Below, in pieces: positions 1 through 13,235 of a stretch of DNA of 64,000 nt. Each line of letters begins with the position of its first letter. Position 1 is the first letter of the stretch. Made by a program: the position numbers and the translations under genes. The notes below the pieces were generated by a model. That model ran no database searches. It was not told the origin of the DNA and saw only the letters and a program-made list of their open reading frames with translations. Location: NCBI RefSeq assembly GCF_006345805.1, contig NC_042998.1, positions 28,086,001 to 28,150,000 of the forward strand. Direction: 5' to 3'. The stretch comes from Octopus sinensis (lineage: Eukaryota).

Positions 1-1319
1 TATAATAACTTAACAGGATCTATATTCAACCGTTGTAGTGACTTCTCTCATTGCTTAATTGCAACTCATAAAAACACATCCCTAAATCACCACGATAAAT
101 TGAATGCGTATGATCACCATATATAAAGGAATATAATCACACGTAAAAAATTGCACACAAGCTGAAGTAATGTCGTTTGACAAGTAATAGACAACGACAT
201 TATATATGTCCGTGGCACATTCGCCACCTACATATATAAAAATGAAATTATAAATAAAACGTTGTGTTATAGCTGCAGTTAAAGAGTGTCTTGTGATATC
301 TGAATTTAGAAGACTTGTGCAATAACAGCGAATTTGTTATGTCAAATGTTGCATTTAATTCAACTTAATTTGTATAATTTATTTAATTCGGTACTTCAAT
401 GTTCTGTACTGTAACATAACTTCAAAATACGAATACCAACTGTGTGAAAGCATTTTTATTGAGGACACAGCAATTTGAGTGCGCCGGTGTGCTTCAGCGT
501 ATAGCGCAAGAAACGGGAAATTGGAGGTGTTTAATACGAACATACTTGCTTTCATAAGAGAAGGCAAAGAATTGCTCGCAGCGTAATTAAAACAATGTTG
601 ACGGAACTGACAACGACTAATATAGACGTATCTCATTGAAATAAAGTGCTAATATACAAAGTTTATTCAGTACTATTTTGTAATCATTGAAAATTTAGCG
701 GAAATAAATAATCACGATTGATAACTTGTTTATTCTTGGCTACAATACGAAACATAACCTGGAACCACGAACTATCCACAAGCGTGTTTCTATTGTCACA
801 GGAGTCTAAGTAATTCACGTTTAGTATTCAGCTAGTGCTAAAATCTTTCATATTTATATATATATACTCACTTAAAACATTCACAAACAATGCAAATATA
901 TTTCTATTGTGCTCAAGTGATGCAAAATATTCTATTTTTATTAGATGGCACTTTAATAACAATATTCTTTCTTCAAACAACCATATCTCCTTTCATTCGG
1001 CTACTTTCCGCAAGAAATGAAAAATAATCACAATTTATATGTTCACTTTGGAGAGCGTCATAGCACACAGTACAATGACGTTTTCTAGTTGATACCAAAG
1101 TTTTTTTTTCTTGGGGAATTCGTTGACGCTTAAACTCTAAATCTCTTTAAGTTTTGTCTATCACACCTGGGTCTATGCTCAGTGAAAGAATGTAAATGAA
1201 TGCAAGAACACTGATGATATAAGTTCTGTTACTTTTGACGTTAATTCTACAATTTGGTTTATACGAAACGCTTATTAAACGCAACATCAGGTTTGCCTTA
1301 TCGACTCTGTTGGTTAACA

Positions 1320-1580
1320 ATCTACTACTACTACTACTACTACTACTATCACCCCTACCCCCAGTACCACCACCGCCACTACTACTACTGCTGCTCTTAC
1401 TACTACAACTCTACTACTACTACCACCACCACCACCACCACCACCACCACCACTACTACCACTACTACTACTGCTGCTGCTACTGTTGCTACTACCACTA
1501 CTACATTCTACTACTTATACTACTACTATTATTACTAATACTACTACCACTACTACTACTACTACTACTGCTACTACTGT
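1320..1580. repeat. Compound trinucleotide microsatellite (CTA/CAC/CTG)n
   Basis: Visible runs; explains the poly-L/T/Y ORFs at 1235-1740. Confidence 0.95.
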
Positions 1581-1756
1581 TTATTCTTATTATAATGCTA
1601 AAAACATTAGAACTTCAGAAAAATACTTCGTGTTCCATGTTCAATTGCTGGTGATGGTCAAATTTCACTTGTATCCGTCCGATATCGTTGAAACATATTC
1701 GAATCTGGTATTTATTTTAACAATACAGTTCTATATTTAAGAGATGAGGAATTATG

Positions 1757-2006
1757 TACATTATTTACATTATTTACAGTTGACGGATATTTCTCCTCAT
1801 CTTCTTTGTTGTCAACACGTTTCGGCTGATATATCCTCCAGTCTTCATCTGGTGTCTTAGGGAAATTTCGAACCTGGGTTCTCATTCCTGAGGTATTTTT
1901 TCTTTCGATACTGTTATTATTATTATAATTATTCAGGTCACTGCCTGGAATCGAACTCGGGATCTTGGGGTTAGTGGCCCGCGCTCTTAACCACTACGCC
2001 ATATGC
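1757..2006 (-). mobile_element. tRNA-headed short element with hammerhead-like, Penelope-LTR-like tail
   Basis: Minus strand starts GCATATGGCGTAGTGGTTAAG (A box TGGCGTAGTGG) with a B-box-like AGTTCGATTCC, then a tail with GACAC-CAGATGA-A-GACTG...CAGCC-GAAAC-GTGTT and a (TGTAAATAA) tandem end. Confidence 0.7.
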
Positions 2007-2012
2007 TCGTGG

Positions 2013-2187
2013 GCATAAGACGTAGTTGTTAATAACATCGAAAAAATACCCTAGGAATGAGAACCCAGGTTCGAAAATTCCCCAGGACACCTGATGAAGG
2101 CTGCGGGGTATACCAGTCGAAATATGTGTTGACAACAAACAAGATGTGGACAAATACCCGTCAATCGTAAATAATGTAAATAATGTA
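2013..2187 (+). mobile_element. Second, inverted copy of the same element, with most of the tRNA head deleted
   Basis: GCATAAGACGTAGTTGTTAA resembles the first 20 nt of the head; 2031-2187 is the reverse complement of about 1757-1920. Confidence 0.75.
2086..2130 (+). ncRNA. Degenerate type-I hammerhead-like motif
   Basis: GACAC CTGATGA A GGCTG-loop-CAGTC GAAA TAT GTGTT; stem I GACAC/GTGTT; the cleavage triplet is degenerate. Confidence 0.55.
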
Positions 2188-2222
2188 TTTTAACAATATC
2201 ATTTGACACTATCTATAGAGAG

Positions 2223-2322
2223 TCTCTGTGAGTGCTCAGCCGCTTACACGTTAATTTCACGAGCAGGCTGTTCCGTTGATCGGATCAACTGGAACCCACG
2301 TCGTCGTAACCGACGGAGTGCC
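2223..2322 (+). mobile_element. SINE 3' tail fragment shared by families C and D
   Basis: GTGCTCAGCC..CACGTTAATTTCACGAGCAGGCTGTTCCGTTGATC..CGTCGTAACCGACGGAGTGCC also at 14839-14940 (minus) and 43090-43183. Confidence 0.85.
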
Positions 2323-3299
2323 ACTACACACTCTGTATTGATTGAATTAACGTAGTATAGGACTAGTTCATTCGAGATGGTTTTTCATTAAAATATATAA
2401 TACAAAAAAGAAATATAACGTATCAACATAACTCATTTAAAAGCGAAACGATTAATAAACTTGAGCAATCTATAATATCTAAGAACGTTCAGAAAAACAC
2501 GTAAGATGCAAAGAAACCTGTTTAGCAAGGCTGAGACTGTTGGTAGCTTCCAAAGCAAAACTTAATACTTAATAATCGTCTTGCAGATTCACGTAAATAC
2601 GGAAGGTGATAGAAATGTGAAAATATCGGAAACAGATACAACAAAATTTATGGAAACATTATTGAAACATGAATGGAATATTAAGCAAGGAAAATAACAA
2701 TAAAATATAATATACGAATTTATGTTTTTTAATAACCAAGTCATACGTGGACGAGTAGCTTCATCACAATTAACACTGACCCCAAAAACCGATGAGATGA
2801 AAACAGTGTATCCTTCACATCAGGACCTAATTTATATTGATATATTTGTATGAATTTCATAGTCAGTCTCACAAAATGTTCCGTGAAAATACATCTTTTA
2901 GAGAAATATTGATTTATATGAGTTCGTTCTTGAGTTTAGGAGAATTATAAATCTTACATTGTTTACCCGCTGAGTTCTTTATGTGACGTTTCTGCTCAAA
3001 GCGATAGCTTTTTTTCTTTTTATGTAACAGTATATTTGTTCAAATATATGTCTTTCATTTCATTTCCATTTTGTGATACTTGGAGCATCTTCAAAGAACG
3101 GCGTCACTAAATGATGAATTCTGAAAGCTTGCGAAATTACATCTCATGTTTATTTGATACGTATTTATCTTATATATTTATGCAAATCACGATCTTTTGT
3201 TTTTGTCCCATTGCTTAAAACGTATAGTATATATGTGTATATATCCACGTGTGTGTGTGTATTTGCACATACGTCATATATATATATATAATATATATA

Positions 3300-3358
<59 letters not shown>

Positions 3359-4029
3359 ATATATATACTATATATATATACATGTATGTGTGTGTAAGAT
3401 ACATATCCACACATATACATATATACACATATACTTATTAAATAGAAGTATATTCTTAAATGTATAACTGTTGTGTGCATGAATCTGTGTGTGTGTACGC
3501 GCGTACGTGTGTGTATGTGCGCGACTTCTTTTTCGTGCGTATCTGTCCTGATAATTAGAAAGAGTTGTTTGGTTCCTAATCTGAAAGCCATGAATTTATA
3601 AATCGATAATCTAAAATTTCAGTAAAAAACAAAAACGCAAAGATCTGTTTCCTAGGAGACCAATCTATATTGATTTAATATTTATTATTGTAAAACTCAT
3701 ATCGTTATGACATTTGTTGTTCTGCTGAAAACAGTCCACTGAACTGAATTTCTCGATATTTCTGCATCCCTTAATTCTCTTTGGAAAAGCAATGTACTTC
3801 ATCCGTTCGTCTTTCCTCACTTGTAAATATGAAATCTTAAACGCATTTATGAGTTTGATATTTATTGGTGTATATTCCAATGAATGTGATGGATGAATAT
3901 GCTGCGCAGTATAATAATGATTTTTGTAAGCCGAATTAATAGTCTGTCTCGGATGCAGACTGAAGTGAGTCAAGTACACGTCGACATCTAATTAACTTTA
4001 TAAATGCCCGAATGTCAAAGAACTACCAT

Positions 4030-4100
4030 CGTCTCTACTTATAAGATCAATCATCTCGCAATGAAATAAATTCGTTTTATGTTATGCTGATGACGATACC
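4030..4100 (+). pseudogene. Possible decayed LINE reverse-transcriptase fragment
   Basis: Reads INHL then (frameshift) NKFVLCYADD, resembling the INDL...YADD region of non-LTR RTs; very short. Confidence 0.3.
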
Positions 4101-4272
4101 AGTTGGTAAGAGGCAACCATTCAAAGATTTTAAATATATAATTCGCCGTTTCGCATCGTATTATTCGAGGCAGAGAACAGCACAACATACTGTTCTGTGT
4201 TAAGTTTCTAATAAATGTTTCGAAGTGGGTAAAGATAGATTGCGATCGATTGAATATTTAGTTATATTCAGA

Positions 4273-4446
4273 TATTCTTTTCTATTCTAGGAACAAGGTC
4301 CGAAACTATTGGGGAGGGGGGCAGTCAGTCAGATCGAGTGGTACTTAATTTATCGACCCCAAAAAGATGAAAGGCAAAGTCGACCTCGGCAGAATTTGAA
4401 CTAGGGCCGACCAAAGCTTTGGTTGGCGGAAACTGAAAGAAGCCTG

Positions 4447-4448
<2 letters not shown>
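4273..4448. mobile_element. SINE family A fragment (minus, 4273-4401) abutting a family B fragment (plus, 4402-4448)
   Basis: ATGAAAGGCAAAGTCGACCTCGGC core of family A; GGAAACTGAAAGAAGCC of family B. Confidence 0.8.
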
Positions 4449-4478
<30 letters not shown>

Positions 4479-4484
<6 letters not shown>

Positions 4485-4678
4485 CTTTATAAAAATACGG
4501 TTCAGTAAAATAATTTACTTTACCACACACCGAACTTTTTAGAAACAGTAGGCAAAAACTTTGCTATTTCTTCTACTGAAGAAGAAGAAATAGCTAAGTT
4601 TTTGGCTGCTGTTTCTAAAAAGTTTGGTGTGTGGTAAAGTAAATTATTTTACTGAACCCTATTTTTATAAAGTAATAT
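4479..4678. repeat. 200-bp near-perfect palindrome (about 96-bp arms, 8-nt loop)
   Basis: TATTACTTTATAAAAATA...GCTATTTCTTCT-actgaaga-AGAAGAAATAGC...TATTTTTATAAAGTAATA. Confidence 0.95.
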
Positions 4679-4762
4679 TTCAGTTATACCGTAAATGGTC
4701 GTTTTACATACTGAACACTACTTGGTAAAATTAATTAATTAATTTTACCCTTTATTATTAAC

Positions 4763-4811
<49 letters not shown>

Positions 4812-5073
4812 TGTATGTGTTTGTTGTTTGTGTCTGTGTTTGTAGTAGATAGGTAGGTAGGCAGGCAGGCAGGCAGGCAGGCAGGTCGGTAGTTGTTTAA
4901 TTAATATCTGAGACGTAAAGAGACAACATGAAACAGCGTGTATTTTAAAACGGATGTACCTTAAAACGTCACGCAGCGGAACTGAACCCAGAATCATGTG
5001 GCAACGAAGCAAATGTTGGACTTCGCAGCCACGCCTGTGCCTATGTATGTATGTATGTATGTATGTATGTATG

Positions 5074-5537
5074 TTCTTTTATGTTCTTTTACATGTTTCA
5101 GACATTTGACTGCGGCCATGCTGAAGCACCATCTTTAGTCGAACAAATCGTCCCCAGGACATATTTTTTGTAAGCCTAGCACTTATTCTATCGGCCTTTT
5201 ATTGTCGAACCGTTAAGTGGCGGGTACGTAAACACACCAACATCAGCTGTCAAGCGACAGTGGGGAGATAAACACAGACAACAAACATATGCACACACAC
5301 ACACATACGGACATACACACACACACACACACATACGTACATACACACACACACACACACACACATATATACGACAGACTTCTTTCAGTTTCCGTCTAGC
5401 CAAATCCACTTACAAGGCTTTCGTCAGCCCGATGCTATAGCAGAAGACACTTGCCGAAGGTGCCGCACAGTGGGACTGAACCCGGAACCATGTGGTTGGG
5501 AAGCAAGCTTCTTACCACGCAGCCATTCCTGCGCCTA
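5074..5537 (-). mobile_element. SINE family B, full length (tRNA head, CORE-like CTTGGGCAAGTGTCTT-type domain, internal microsatellite, AAAAGAG-type tail)
   Basis: Matches copies at 12841, 33236, 46516, 57184 and 59873; an extra head fragment lies at about 4962-5042. Confidence 0.9.
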
Positions 5538-6107
5538 TGTATGTATAATTACTTAAAAAACACATATCTTTGCACAATACTATTTTAAATAGAAAAATAG
5601 AAAATAAGTGTAAATTTCGATATAAATTTCATTTTATATACCCAAATGTATTCAAATTTTGTTCGTCTTAAAAAGTATGTTGGTATGAAACCGAAAATCA
5701 ACAAATGAAATAGCACAATGAAAACATTTCCAAATCTACTTCCAGGAAATCTAAAGATTTACTAATGGTTCAATTATAAATTTGGTAACATATAAAAAAA
5801 TGTTTTGCATTCAGATATTAATATATTTTTTGTATATAATCATTCATTTTGTTCTCATGGTGCAATATATATTCGAATATTTATAGTCGCATCTTAATTT
5901 TATAAAATCAAATTGAAACGTAAAGAAAATGAATTGGAGAATTCAACTTGTTGATATTCTTCTTAGGTATACGTAAACATAGTGAAATATTTAGTTTATG
6001 AAAATCAACTTAGACGTCAGCACACAAAGTCTGAAAAATATGAACGAAAGACATACACACAATATACATTGGAGAAACACACCAACACATAGACACACAG
6101 ACACACA

Positions 6108-6224
6108 GAGACCGATAAAATAAGTCCTACGCTTAAAAAGAGTAAGTCATGTGTCTATTTGCTCGACTAAAGGTGGTGCTCCAGCATGGCCGCAGTCAAA
6201 TTGACTGAAACAAGTAAAAGAGAG
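6108..6224 (+). mobile_element. SINE family B tail fragment
   Basis: TGCTCCAGCATGGCCGCAGTCAAA..GACTGAAACAAGTAAAAGAG. Confidence 0.85.
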
Positions 6225-6264
6225 TAAACTAATTCAAGCATATCAACAACGTTGCCCTTAAATG

Positions 6265-6685
<421 letters not shown>

Positions 6686-7519
6686 CCTATATATATATAT
6701 ATGTGGGGTGGGGTGGGGGGGGGAGAGAGACAGACAGACAGACAGAAACAGAGAGAAAGATAGATAGATAAACAGTATGAGATGTCAACAGTAACATAGA
6801 ATCAGTGTATATCACAGTAAATTGCACGAGTCCCATTCTCACATGACCACCACATCAGAGAATGTAATGATCGCTGAATCAGCGCATGAATACTAAAATG
6901 TGTTTAACACATTACAGTAATTTCGGATATGTTGGAAAAGGTCCAAAGCATTGACCTGAAACACAGTGAATTCAAAGCAAGTATAAGTAAAATCCTTCTC
7001 AACTGTAACTGAATGTAGTGAATGAAATAACAGGAAATTCCTTAAAAGTTATCCGCTTAGAGAGGATCAATACAAACACGGGACTAAATTACCTGATATA
7101 TATTTCAGCTATCATACAAATAACTCATTGTTAAAAAGATATAGCAACACAAGCGAATATCGTGAACAAGAATGTGTCACCACTAAAGTGAAAAACAAAA
7201 GTGATTATCTACGAGGAATGCTTCTGCAAATTCCATTTGCTATGTTGAACACAAACAATACCGTCCCCAAAGTCAGAAACGAATAAAATAAAACCGAGAG
7301 AAGCAGTTTAGAAGTAAAATATTATAAGCATTAACTTCTACAACGTATACCAACTGAAATGAATACTTAAAGGCACATATGAAAGAATGAGCTAAAATAA
7401 AAAAAAAAAATCCGTCGTTTTACACAAGAAAACAATTAAATAAATAATAATTTTGCTTTTGTTTTCCCAATATCCAAATTAAGCCCGTCCTCACTTCAAT
7501 GAAATAGCATAAAAAAGAA

Positions 7520-9520
7520 TAACCAGTGAAAGCTACTGGAAATAGATATTGGGATAAAATGATACCACAAAACAATTACATAGATACCATTCTTACTGTT
7601 TTGAAAATGTACAAATAAAATAAATGATACTGTTGTCTATAAAAATGCCATACTCGCATAAATGGCACTGTATGTTTGCTGTGAAAATGTTAATACAAGA
7701 TCAATTTACTCACACCTCATAAGGATGTTCGTACGATTATCTATCTTCTATCACTGATATTTCTTACAGCATACGAAAAAAGGAAAAATCCATTAAGATA
7801 TGAAAACGTTCCGAAATAGCTGTCAACTTGATTTAATCTTCTTTGCCAAAGCCATAGTAACCCCAGTTCAAACGTACTGCATAATAGTTTTCTAAGACAT
7901 CTTACAGAAGATAAACTCTGGACTTTTCAATCTGCTTCACAGGATCATATTTTTTCTAATAACACTCGAGTAATTAGAAAGAGGGAGAAGTAAACTCCAG
8001 AGATAATATACATGTAATCTCTGGAGATAATCCGCTATTTAATGAAATGACACAAGAAAATACATGGCTATATTATGGGTGGGTTGACAAAAATATGTAA
8101 TTGTATACAATATGAGCATACAATAAACACTTAGACAAATTTCGACGTCCATTAATAACTGCTATTCAGAATCTAACGGCCATCTTGATGTTTTTAGCCA
8201 TACCTACGATTTGCAGGGCGCCGAACACGCATTCGATATATATTATCGCGCTGACGGCAGACATCTCGACCTGATGAAACTCCAGTCCGGATGAAATTGA
8301 ACAAGGACATTTTAAGTGAGTTTCTGCTTGTAGACAACTGGAGCCTCAGAGTCTTGAAGCATCAATGTTTGGATAAGTCCTACCCTGTCTGCAGTAATGT
8401 CAGCCTCATGAAAGTTATTTCACATGGATTTCTTCCCAAGGAGTATGTTAAGTATGTAACGGTCAAGGATCAGGCAAACATAAACTTTTACATAATACAC
8501 ATATACATTTTCTGTAATTATAAATGCTGTGGAAACAAAGAACTTACTATATGAAACTTAAAAATCAAGAAGATCTCAATCGTTTTCCGAATTCTCTTAC
8601 TCGCCACTCATCTATTACAATAGGTGCATATTTAGTACTAGCAGTATAGCCAAGTGTTGCTCGGGCTTGTTTTCTTTTCGACCCTTTAGAATTGGAATTT
8701 TTGAAAAGTATAATTTTTGCATTATGTAGCTTGTTATTCTCTTTAAGTGAACATTTTTCTGGATGAAAAACACCGAAAAATCGTAAAAAATAGAGATTTT
8801 CATAGAAAAAAAGCACCTTTTTGATGTAAATAATTTTTGATGTTAACATGGTCCAATTTGATTTTCTTCTTCTACGGAATGAAGAGCAAGCCTTCTTCTA
8901 TCATACTCTCAATTTTGGTCAACTTGCACCTCAGGGTCTCGGAGGAGATAGTGTTAGTTGAAGGCTAACAAACCTGCCATGCACACAGACAACTTCAGCG
9001 TTATATATAGAGAGATTACTTCGTAGAAAGCTGGCATCCTCGTCGTTCAATTTGATCTCAGCTGCATGTCGGACGCTACATTACTTTTCCCAAACGTTCT
9101 TTTATCGTCCTATGCAGCTCGAGACCCGTTCTTACTGTGAGCCTTTTAAGAACCTGTTAATGGGTAGCATATCACCGTATCAAACTGGCTTTTCTTTATC
9201 TAAACAAGAGACATTAATTAAAACAAAACTATAGAATAAATGGCGCAACAGGATCGCAGCTTTTTGACAAATAATTTTAATTTCCGAAACAGTTTGTAAT
9301 TCTTGATTACGTACATAACTTAAGATGATGAGATGTAAAACATAGAAGTTTTATTTATTTCACTCAGGTTTTTCAAAGAATTTAAGTTGTATAAATAGTT
9401 ACTTGTTAAGAATTCCAAGAAACAGGAGTGACTGACTGCAGCAAACTTCAGTCTGTTCACTTCAGCTCATCGCTCTCACAGCATCCTTTGAAAACTAATT
9501 TAAATAATTTCCATACCAAA
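7520..9520 (+). pseudogene. Highly decayed CR1/L2-like LINE RT region, interrupted by a Helitron
   Basis: Scattered motifs in the expected order: KATG (about 7530), EIAVNL..KAIVTPVQ (about 7815-7875), DL..AFD (about 8210-8240), KVIS.G..P/QG (about 8410-8445), DCSKLQ (about 9435); many stops and frameshifts. Confidence 0.35.
8638..9015 (-). mobile_element. Non-autonomous Helitron
   Basis: Minus strand 5' TC..., subterminal CCCGAGCAACACTTGG, 3' CTAG, inserted between A and T; second copy at 51796-52186. Confidence 0.85.
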
Positions 9521-10682
9521 CTCCATTCCATTATCTTTCGGGATATTGGGATGTGTCGCGCGAGTTATGTAACTAAAAATAGGATCTATGTGAACTGATT
9601 TATTATAAATTTTATCTTCGACCATTTTCTTATTTTGATTTTAATGAAATTGTTTCCTTTTAAATTAAGTCTATTAAATTAAGACATTAAAATTTAAATC
9701 TATTAAACTGGCCGTTCTATATTATTACCAGACAATTGTCTTTTCTGAAATTCGTCATAACTGTCAAATAACTTATAATTTAAAAAAAAGTGCTCAATTC
9801 CCGACTTAGCCAGTACAAAACCAGAGTAGTATATTATGTGTATGGAATATAATAATAGATATAATAATAGATTGAAGTAGGAAGTGTTCCAATTTTAATA
9901 TATGTACTGTCAGAGGAAGTACAAAAGTCGGATATGTTCATAAATAAATATCAAAGTTCTAAAATTTAACGTCTGAAGATATAAATCAAATGGAAGAGCA
10001 GCGGGCGAACTTCAATGTTCTAAAACGTCAAATAAGCTTGTGAAGCCTATATAAAACATTTATTTGAAATAATATTAATGGCCATTTGTCAATGTATGAT
10101 TATGAATGTAAGATTTATGAATTGTTATAAAATCATCATATTACAGTAACATGATCAGAACACTAAAAACTCGTGAAAATCGAGAGAAAACCTTGGTTTA
10201 TTCTATTTCGACGCTCAAAAATTTGGTCCCTCAATGAAAAACATTAAACTTATTCAGTACAGAGATAGACGTTATAATTATAATCTAATACATTCTCTCG
10301 AATATTCTTGTATAGCAAAACTATAACAGCTGCATTAATCTGCCTTGTCGTATTAGCCAAACTGCAATCTATCTTATTCTGAATTTATTTGAAATGCTAT
10401 AAGAAATGTTGGGAAAAGATTTGATGCATAAAATTTCATATAAAATGCATAATGGTATATTATTCGATGTTTGAAACTTTGCCAAGGTAGCGGTGTTAAT
10501 AAAACTTTATATATGCGACTGCTGGCTGGATGGCAAAATCGATAAAGTTTCGGAGAAAATACCACGGGATATTTTATACCCCTTTCCTTTTTTTTATCCA
10601 AATCATACGTTCGTCTCTTTTTGATACCATCTTCTCGAGATCGATAAAATAAGTACGAGTTGATGGAACAAGTATTAGGAGT

Positions 10683-10966
10683 GGAGGCACATGACCTAGT
10701 GGTTAGAGCAGCGGACTCACGGTCGAGGGATCGCGGGTTCGAATCTCAGACCGGGCGATGTGTGTGTTTATGAGCGAAAAACCTAAGCTCCACGCGGCTT
10801 CCGGCAGAAGGTAATGGCAAACATCTGCTGACTCTTTCACCACAACTTTCTCTCCTGCATCTTGCAGCTCACTTGCGACGGACCGGCGTCATGTCCAGGT
10901 GGGGAACCTATACGCCAAGGAAACCGGGAAACCGGCCGTTATGAGCCCTATAGCTCGAGAAGGAAC
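10683..10966 (+). mobile_element. SINE family D, tail type 2
   Basis: tRNA-like head plus the GGAAACCGGGAAACCGGCC..ATGAGCC..GCTCGAGAAGGAAC tail also seen on family C copies. Confidence 0.9.
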
Positions 10967-11844
10967 GAACAAAAATATCAAGTATTGGGTAGCAACGCAA
11001 TTGATTATAATGTACAACATAATGTCATCAGAATAACCGTAGCTGAATGAAAGAATCGAAGAAAATGAATAGAGTCTGTTCGGAACTACGTTATATTTAT
11101 GTTTATCATACCTCTTTGTAATATATGGAATTATTGCCGCTTATATATTAATATTCTGGAGACCAGCGTAGTTACTTCGGTCGAAGTGTTTTTCATATTA
11201 TTATTGGAGTGAATATCCAGTAGTTAACCGTATCTCACTTATGATACGATTTATCGATTTCCTTTCTCTATACGCAACCAAACTGTTCTATGGTGATTCC
11301 CTGAAAACATATAAGTCAATATTGATTACGGTATAACATGAAATTTACTTTTGTTCAGATTTCAAATACATATCCTCAGCGTCTAACATAAAACATGTCA
11401 TATTACGCCAACAGTAAATGCAATAATCCAAATTGTTTGAAAATTCTATATATTTGAGAACTATGAGTTTGGCAGCGGTTCGCAGTAACATAATCGAAAA
11501 CGTGATATTCTACACACGTAAATGTCCATCATTCAATACTCTAATTTAATTTTCAGTCAGGAGTGCTCGGATAGGAAAGATCGATACTGAAAATGCCCAT
11601 AACGTTTATCTGTAGAAACTGCATACGCATACCTCAGTAACAGAGAAGCGATTCTGACTTGACTTGCTTTGCAGTCAAATTGAATGTATGTAATGGTTAA
11701 CAATAGAAAAATGTGTAGAAAACAAGAGAAAGAATTTGTAAACGTAGTTTCTAATCAGTAACAAAAGCCACATTCCATGTTGTTAAATACCTATCGGTGA
11801 ATAACCACTGACGGCCGGTCATTATAAATATTACTGAATTCACA

Positions 11845-12076
11845 AAGGCGGCGAGTTGGCAGAAACGTTAGCACGCCGGGTGAAATGCTAAGCGATATTT
11901 CGTCTGCCGTTACGTTCTGAGTTCAAATTCCGCCGAGGTCGACTTTGCCTTTCATCCTTTCGGGCTCGATTAATTAAGAACCAGTTACGCACTGGGGTCG
12001 ATGTAATCGACTTAATCTGTTTGTCTGTCCTTGTTTGTCCTCTCTGTACTTATCCCCTTGTGGGTAGTAAAGAAAC
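11845..12076 (+). mobile_element. SINE family A, full monomer with 17-bp TSD
   Basis: AAGGCGGCGAGTTGGCAG head; ATATTACTGAATTCACA at 11828-11844 and 12077-12093. Confidence 0.95.
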
Positions 12077-12840
12077 ATATTACTGAATTCACAGCTCATT
12101 GATATCGAAATTTCTAAGTAATTCACTAAGTGATTCATATCTCATTACAAATGGAAAAAAAAACCCTACTGATTTTCAGTATGCAGTGTTGCCTACTAGA
12201 CTAAACAATTAAATCGCTACGTACTAAGCACTGAAAGGATACACTGAAGCCACCAGGTACCCTAGTTATAATAGTTTTCCAAGCGAATTCAGGTTAATCT
12301 ATGTCTCTGACGCACTTTTTGTTGATATATAGTCAGATATGCTGTAATTAAGGAAAATGTTTCAATGGGTCAACATCTATGAACATTAAATAAAAGCATA
12401 TTTTACGAAAAATGTTTTTTAAAGACCAGTGTTCTGTAGGTTAATGGATTTTGCACAATAAGGATGAAAGCAAATGGATGTATGTCTTTGTGTGATTTTA
12501 CTCAATCAGAATTTCATAGAGAATATACAATCAATATTTACTTCATTATTTATGATGCATCGCAATAATTTGCATATATCACCACAGTCCTGTGGATGTG
12601 GGAATAATAATAACGTAACTCTTAGGCTTTTGTTTTATTTAGCACAATTAAAGGCGTAGAAATGCAACATTTCAATACAACAGAACTACGTTGTATTCAG
12701 GCTATTCATTATTTTGTTAAAACACAGGCAGTTGTAATTTATTTGACGCAGTGCTTTTATGATAAATATATGCTTAGATTTCTATTCTCATATATTTAAA
12801 TATTCCTAGTTTATGTAATATTGTGTTCTCACGTTTCTTC

Positions 12841-13235
12841 TCTTTTACTCTTTTACTTACTTCAGTCATTTGACTGCGGCCTTGCTGGAGCAGCGCCTTT
12901 AGTCGAGCAAATCGACCCCAGGAATTATTCTTTGGAAGCCTAGTACTTATTCTATTGGCCTGTTTTGCCGAACCGCTAAGTTACGCGGACGTAAACACAC
13001 CAGCATCGGTTGTGAAGCGATGTTGGGGGGACAAACACAGGCACAGACACACTACATACATACATATACATATATACATATATACAATGGGATTCTTATA
13101 GTTTCCGTCTATCAATTCCACTCTCACTAGGCTTTGGTCAACCCGAGGCTATAGTAGAAGACACTTGCCCCAGGTGCCACCTAGTGAGACTGAACCCGGA
13201 ACGATGTGGTTAGTAAACAAGCTACTCCTACGCCT
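12841..13235 (-). mobile_element. SINE family B
   Basis: Same tail and body as other B copies; head partly deleted. Confidence 0.9.

Noticed and set aside
379-636. 85-aa minus-strand ORF in unique sequence
   Set aside because: No recognisable motif or convincing splice context.
1936-2006. tRNA gene
   Set aside because: A and B boxes are present but the acceptor stem does not pair (GCATATG versus CAGTGAC); treated as a retroelement head. The same applies to all SINE heads.
8271-8300. CTGATGA..GAAA hammerhead-like string
   Set aside because: Stem II is poor and there is no stem I or cleavage triplet.
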